Source of the DNA: the human T2T-CHM13v2.0 reference genome, Homo sapiens
Direction: 5' to 3' (one strand)
Assembly (NCBI RefSeq): GCF_009914755.1
Contig: NC_060929.1
DNA length: 64,000 nucleotides
Shown here: positions 57,458-64,000 of the stretch, in pieces
Numbering within the stretch: the stretch's first letter is position 1
How the letters are laid out: each line of letters starts with the position of its first letter
Made by a program: the position numbers and the translations under genes
The notes under the pieces: generated by a model
What the model was told of the DNA's origin: nothing
Seen by the model: the letters and a program-made list of their open reading frames with translations, nothing else
The model's database searches: none

Positions 57458-58513
57458 GTGAGTATGGGCAGCTGACTCCTTGGACATGCATGTCATTTGT
57501 GACTATGGAATAACCTTTCTGGAAAAAGTATGTTCCATGGCCCACTCAAGAAAAATTAGTTTTAATAAGAGACAATTTAGTAATATTTGCAATTGCATAT
57601 AATACTTCTAAATGAAATTTTTTTTTCTTATTGTCCATCCTTTCATGGAGAATATATACATCTTTTTGCCCTCTTATAGAAGTTTGCTGCTGGTCCAGCT
57701 TTCATGGAGTAAATGTCTTTTTTTTTTTTAGTGCATTAAAAACAAACCAGTTTACCTTTATTTAGACCAACTAACTTACCTTTATTTAGTGCTCATAACC
57801 TGGGAAATGGGTTCTTCTCAAATTTGATTTCTCAATCTTCTAGTGAACATGTTGCATTTTTTTCCCCAAGCTTTATATACTCTATATTTATTTAAAAGTT
57901 GAATCTTTAAAAGTTTTTCAGTTTGGCATCTTGTAGGTATCTTAAAGGTGAAGTACAGATTTGGTTATATTTGCTTGAACATCTGTCGTCCTCTAACTGC
58001 TTCCTCCCCCAGTCTCATTTCTGACCTAACTGATTTATAGCTTGGAGGTTTTACAAATTTATAGCTTGTAGCTACATGTTGCAGTAGTCATCTGTAGAGA
58101 AGATAAGAAGTTTTTCTTTTCCTCCTGTAGATCCTTAACAATATTGTACATTGTAAGTATGTACTTACACCTTGTGCTTGTAAGTACTTACCTCTTGTAC
58201 TTACAAGTGTACTTGTAAGTATCTTGTACATTGTACTTTTTTCTTTCAGTTACTGATTTCTTCTCAGATACTGGCTGAAGAAAACGTAAAATAGGTTGAA
58301 TTTATGGGATATCCTACAAGTTCATTAACATTAGAAAGGTTTGATTTAAAGTGGGTACAAACATTTAGACCAAAATTAGGTAATAATGTGGTGCACAAAT
58401 TCTGTATTATACATTTTCTACCCTTAGTAGTAAATATGAAGAAAATGAGTGTCATGTCTGCCATTTTATTGTGACCTGAAGTGAGACTTGTTACTGATGT
58501 AATTTTTGCACAG

Positions 58514-58718
58514 GGATCTTCATTCTTATTTATTGGGAGACCAGGAAGAAAATGAAAACAGTGCAAATCAACAAGTTAACAATAATCAGCATGCTCGAAA
58601 TAACAACGCTATTCCTGTGGTGGGAGAAGGCCTTCATGCAGCCCACCAAGCCATACTCCAGCAGGGAGGGCCTGTTGGCTTTCAGCCTTACCGCCGACCT
58701 TTAAATTTTCCACTCAGG
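58514..58718 (+). CDS. MARCHF6: exon 19 (DLHSYLLGDQEENE...NFPLR)
   Basis: cacag|GGAT...AGG|gtaggt; 205 nt. Confidence 0.96.
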
Positions 58719-59754
58719 GTAGGTGCTATACAGACTTAATCACATATAGAGGTTTTTTTGGTTTTTTTGTTCTCCAAATTGCTGTTGAGAATTGGTGCTA
58801 TTAGTATGCAGTCCTCTGTGTAGACATGTTCCACATTTTATTACCCTCATTATGTAACGTAAATGATTAGGTAAGTTTATCAAATTTTAGAGATAAGTCA
58901 AAGAGTTGGGATTCCCTGGGCTCTTGCTCCCTATTTAAGAGGAAAAGACTCTAGAGTAATTAAGAAACTAACATTATTGATACATTTCAACAGTGTGTCA
59001 GGAACTAGAATGGGCATTTGGATGTTTTCTCATTTAATCTCCACTCAAATACTGCAAAGTGTAGGCGATAATTTCATGTTTATAGCTAAGGAAACTGAAG
59101 GCAATATTGGTTAAGAATGTGCCTATTACATGTTCGTTAGCAAGTGATCAATCTTTGTGCACCTCAGAATTTTGTCAGAAATGTAAGCTGATGACTGCTA
59201 TATGATTACAGTGAAGTCATCATTTATATCAAGTCTGTTATTTTAAAATGCCCTTTAATAATGACATGGGCTTGTGAGTCTGATCATTTTAAAACTTGGG
59301 CAGGTTATTTAACCTCTCAGCCTCACATTTCTTTTTTTGTAAAAATAGTCATTATTATACCTTTGTAGATTACTGTGGGTCACATGTGTTCAGTCATTCA
59401 GCAAACATGTCTTAAGTGTCTATGATTGATATTTTCAGTGTCTGTGAGGATATAGAGAGCATACGTGGTCTTTGCTCAGAAAGAGCTTACAGTCTACTCA
59501 GATGAGAAAGACAGTGGCAGATTTGAGCTCTCATGCTGGTGTTTACAGTGGGTGCTGTGACTCCTTCAATCAAGAACCACTTGTTCTTAATATGGACCCA
59601 AAGGAATCTTCCTAGAATAGGTGGTGCCTGAACTGTCTTAAACATTGAGAGACCTGTCAGAGAGTGAAAAAAAGGAAGTGGGAAGGGCATTCCAGGAATA
59701 TGTCAGGACTAGGGCACATTAGGCATGGTGGGCTTAGAATTGCAGATAAGAGAG

Positions 59755-60054
59755 TTGTGTTGTTTTGTTTTTGAGACAGGGTCTTGCTCTGTTGCCCAGG
59801 CTTGGTTGCAGTGTGCGATCATGGCTCACTGTAGCCTTAACCTCCTGGGTTCAAGCGATCCTCCTACCTACTCAGCCGTCTGATTAGCTGGGACCATGGG
59901 TGCATGCCACTACACCTGGCTAATTTTTATATTTTTTGTTGAAATGGAGTTTTGCTATGTAGCCCAGGCTGTTCTCAAACTCCTAGTTCAAGCAGTCTGC
60001 CTGCCTCGGCCTCCCAAAGTACTGGAATACAGGTGTAAGCCACTGCGGCTGGCC
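59755..60054 (-). mobile_element. Alu (J-like)
   Basis: Antisense Alu with TTTTG tail. Confidence 0.87.
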
Positions 60055-60721
60055 TAATTGAATATATTTAGAGGGTGAGGTGTATGTCCAGGAGAGGTGA
60101 GGAACAAGGGGAGAGATGAGGGGCCATGGGAGTGGTGAGGGATAAGGTGGGGAAGAGGTGAGGGACAAGAGGAGTGGTGGGAGATAACGCTCTTGAATGG
60201 GCAGGAACCAGATAATGGAGCACCTTGAGCACCCTCTGCATGAGTCCACACTCACTGAATTGTTCTTCTGCTCCTTTGTCCCCTTGAGGGGCATATCTCT
60301 GTTCCTGATTCAGTGGCTTATTCTAGAGGACTTTGCTGCATAACCTTGAGGAAAGCATGAAGGTCATCTTTTCCTTTATCTCTTAATAGCAGATCTCATA
60401 GTCAGCTCCCGTTTTTCCCCCTTGGTCTTTACTCAGCTCTCTCGCCTCTCCGCAGACAAAAAAGGCCTTCTGAGCAACAGTTACTTTCTGGCCAGATCAG
60501 AGACAGACTCAAAAAATGACTTTTCACACAGTTACAGCTGACAAAGCCTCAGAGTCTCCTGGGTTTTGTTATCTGTCCTTTTCGGGCTTCCCACCAGAGC
60601 TCTGCCCTCTGGTCTTGTGGAGATCCACCTGGTAAGCTAGCAGGCAAGCTACAGTTGCTGCCTTTCTGCTCAGGGAAACTGGTTTCCTCTTCTCTGTGTG
60701 ATCACTTTTTATCTGCACTTC

Positions 60722-61075
60722 TGTATTAGTCTGTTTTCACACTGCTAATAAATAATCTGAGACTGGGTAATTTATAAAGGAACGAGGTTTAATTGACTCA
60801 TAGCATTCACATGGCTGGGGAGGCCTCACAATCATGGTGGAAGGTGAATGATGAGCAAAGTCATGTCTTACATGGCAGCAGGCAAGGGAGCTTGTGCAGA
60901 GGGACTCCCATTTATAAAACCGTCAGATCTGGTGGGACTTAATTCACTACCAGGAGAACAGTATGGGGGAAACTGCCCCATGATTCAGTTATCTCCACCT
61001 GGCCCTTCCCTTGACACCTGGGGATTATTACAATTCAAGGTGAGATTTGAGTGGGGACACAGTCACACCATATCA
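60722..61075 (-). mobile_element. THE1 MaLR solo LTR
   Basis: TGTATTAGTCTGTTTTCAC...CCATATCA, near-TSD ACTTC/GCTTC. Confidence 0.88.
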
Positions 61076-61094
61076 GCTTCTCAGTACAGGAGCA

Positions 61095-61280
61095 CTAGTT
61101 TATATGGCTATTTACATTTCAATTTAATTAAAATTAAATAAAGTTAAAAATTTCATTACTCATTTACACTAACCACATATCAAATGCTCAGTAGCCACAT
61201 GTGGCCTAGTGGCTACTGCATTGAGCAGTGCAGATCTAGACATTTCTGTCATTATAGAACATTTTAATTGGATAGCACTG
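61095..61280. mobile_element. MER3/MER33-like hAT fragment
   Basis: AATGCTCAGTAGCCACATGTGGC...TTGGATAGCACTG. Confidence 0.7.
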
Positions 61281-61613
61281 TTATTTGATTAAAAGGTGAA
61301 TGTTTTTAATTTGTAATGTTTTAATAACAAGGGAAAATTTAAGGTGAATGTTTTTTTTTTATGCTCTCTGATTAAAACATTTGCCATTTACTTGTGGGAT
61401 GTATCTGATTATGTGAGAATGGATACTTATTTTCATTTTGGCCTAAATCATAGGTAATTTTACTGAAAATAAAAATTTTATGTGAAATTGCAGGAAACCT
61501 GGCAACGCAAATATAGATGATTTCTTTTTAATGGGAAGATTGTGTTGATTCTTTGATAAAATACATTGAGCACGTGTTCTCTATTTATGCACTCCTTATG
61601 TTTTACTTTGCAG

Positions 61614-61683
61614 ATATTTCTGTTGATTGTCTTCATGTGTATAACATTACTGATTGCCAGCCTCATCTGCCTTACTTTACCAG
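61614..61683 (+). CDS. MARCHF6: exon 20 (IFLLIVFMC...LTLP)
   Basis: tgcag|ATA...CCAG|gtatga; 70 nt. Confidence 0.95.
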
Positions 61684-62668
61684 GTATGAGCTTGTGCTAG
61701 CCTTCAGCTAATAGCATCATTAAGGTTATTTATTTAGCTATTTGACAGAGTCTTGCTCTGTTCCCCAGTCTGGAGGGTAGTAGTATGATCATAGCTTACT
61801 GCAGCCTTGAACTACTGGGCTCAAGCAATCCTTCCACCTCAGCTAGGTCTATAGCTCTACTTAGGAATTCAAAAAGTATAGTACCATATTAGGAAGACAA
61901 TCTGTGGAAAAAATATACTGGAAATTTGGGTCTTACTGTTCTCTCTAGCCTATTGAGAAGTAATCATATAAAGTAAGTTACTAAATTATGTAAATGGTCT
62001 TATCCAAGTGATTGTTGTGGGATGCTATAGAGTTTATTCCGAACAACTTTTTGTATGAGGCACTCCCTTAGACTGCTCTCAAATCCATTTTTCACATTCC
62101 AGCATATTCAGATAGTCTTAACTTTTTCTAAGAAAATTAATATGGTATTCTTTGATTATTGTGCTTTAAAATGTTATTTTGCCCACTCCTTATTAAAATA
62201 AGCTTAGTTTTCTGTCTTGATGAATGAGCCAATTGGAAGATAGTTACTCTAAATTATTTGTAATGTTTCTACATATTAAAAGTATTGACATCACAAATAA
62301 GAGAAGAAATTCCCCACTTTTGTCCTATTATTTGCATAACAGTTTCATTTGGTGATAAAAACAATGAAAACATTAATTCCCTCAAAAGCTTTTTTAGACC
62401 TAAAAGAATAAGTAATTGGCATGACAAATCAGAGTGTATGTCCCAGTAGAGCTCGCCTCCATTGAACTTACCTTGTTTTGGTTGTGATTTCATCAAATTG
62501 TGTACTCTTTAGACATTGTGATTTTTGTCTTTTGTTTTTTTGATGAAGACATTGATATATCGAATGTGATATCTTTTTCCTAATGTGAAAATACTAACAT
62601 AACAACATGAAGATGACAATTCTCTTTACCTAGCCACATGTCTCATTTATCAGCTTTTCTATTTTCAG

Positions 62669-62850
62669 TATTTGCTGGCCGTTGGTTAATGTCGTTTTGG
62701 ACGGGGACTGCCAAAATCCATGAGCTCTACACAGCTGCTTGTGGTCTCTATGTTTGCTGGCTAACCATAAGGGCTGTGACGGTGATGGTGGCATGGATGC
62801 CTCAGGGACGCAGAGTGATCTTCCAGAAGGTTAAAGAGTGGTCTCTCATG
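62669..62850 (+). CDS. MARCHF6: exon 21 (VFAGRWLMSF...KEWSLM)
   Basis: ttcag|TATTT...ATG|gtatgt; 182 nt. Confidence 0.96.
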
Positions 62851-63071
62851 GTATGTGTGTGTAATACAAGACTGATCTTGTATGTTAGGAATAGTGAATA
62901 TTTTTCCAGTCATCTTAAATTTTTTTTTTTGGCACATTTATTTCCTTACTATATTGTTTCAAGAGAGTTGATTTTTTGAATTAGAAGAAATACTCTTTCA
63001 AGATAGTGGCTTTCTGGTTCATTCTTGTTCAGAGTCCTACGTTCAGATATATGAGGTTTAAAAGAAAAACA

Positions 63072-63197
63072 GGTTGGGCACAATGGCGTATGCCTGTAAT
63101 CCCAGTACTATGGGAAGCTAAGGCAGGAGGATTGCTTGATCCCAGGAGTTTGAGACCAGCCTGGGCAACAAAGCAAGACCCCATCTGTATTTTAAAA
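63072..63197 (+). mobile_element. Alu left monomer (FLAM-like)
   Basis: Single arm. Confidence 0.8.
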
Positions 63198-64000
63198 AGT
63201 ATATGTATATAATATATTTTTACTGGATCATTTAGTAGCATGTTTTTCTTTATACACGTGCATGCACACACCTACACATGCTTATATTACTTACTTAAGG
63301 GCCTTACTGGACACTTTGTAACATTATTGCTCTCAGTAACACATATGACTCCCACAAATGTAGGATAAAAAAAATACTGTAAGATGATTATCTGAGTGCA
63401 GTGATTTATGTCTGTATGTGTGTAATGTTGGCTGCAACTGGTAACTATGCTTAGGTTACTGCTTACACCTTTTCATTTGTATAATCAACTCTTAATTTTT
63501 TATCGATTTATATTTTGATTTTGATTTCATTAGAAGTTTAATATCCATTTAATATTAATGTTGAAGAAAAATATAAAATCCATTTTTATAGTGAGAGATT
63601 CATTATATATTATGGAGGGGTATAATTGCTATTTAATCCATAAGATAATGAGACAACCATATTTAAAATACAGAATCCAGCTAATTCCAGTTTTCATTTG
63701 ATAGTCTTCCACATTATTAGAAAGTGCCATATAGAGAAACAAGTATTTTGTCTTCCATACACATCATATTTAGTCTCTTGTTGAAACAGGTGTGTTTTCT
63801 GAGGCCACCTGAAGTAAAAGAGAGGTCATGAGGATCCAAGGCCACTTTAAATCATTTTTTTTTTGGTCAGAATTTCATCATTACTCTTTTATAATGTCTC
63901 CTCTCTGTGTCAGCTTTATTTTCATTTTGCCATTTAGTCCAGTTGCTAGAGCTGCACTATCTGGTATACTAGTCAGGTGGCTAAATGGCTACCATATTTG

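Noticed and set aside
58132-58139. Perfect U12 branch motif TCCTTAAC in intron 18
   Set aside because: Intron 18 starts GTGAGT (U2 type) and I found no U12 donor upstream; likely chance.

Overview
Human (primate) genomic DNA, not prokaryotic. The window holds the CpG-island promoter and coding exons 1-21 of MARCHF6 (MARCH6/TEB4, the ER-membrane RING-CH E3 ubiquitin ligase, Doa10 homologue) on the + strand. I assembled the exons by hand: all introns are GT-AG, phases are consistent, and 2148 nt (716 codons) stay open; the gene continues past the window end. Introns are rich in Alu, L1, L2, MaLR, ERV LTRs and DNA transposons. Most ORFs in the supplied track are Alu, LTR or GC-rich noise. Points of note: (1) the (TTTTA)12 FAME3 epilepsy repeat in intron 1; (2) a near full-length, highly decayed 18S rRNA copy in intron 1, with GC-rich flanks that may be spacer remnants, split by a sense LTR12C solo LTR (ATTT target duplication) ~1.3 kb upstream of exon 2; (3) a U12-type minor intron (intron 12) followed one exon later by an 80-nt intron; (4) an inverted duplication of a Tigger3/Tigger2 junction; (5) several strong decoy acceptors and candidate poison exons; (6) a cluster of palindromes pairing GTAAGTA with TACTTAC. 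I see no convincing new multi-gene system. The findings are locus-level structures and hypotheses. Repeat family names come from recalled consensus sequences, and repeat boundaries are approximate unless a target-site duplication (TSD) is cited.
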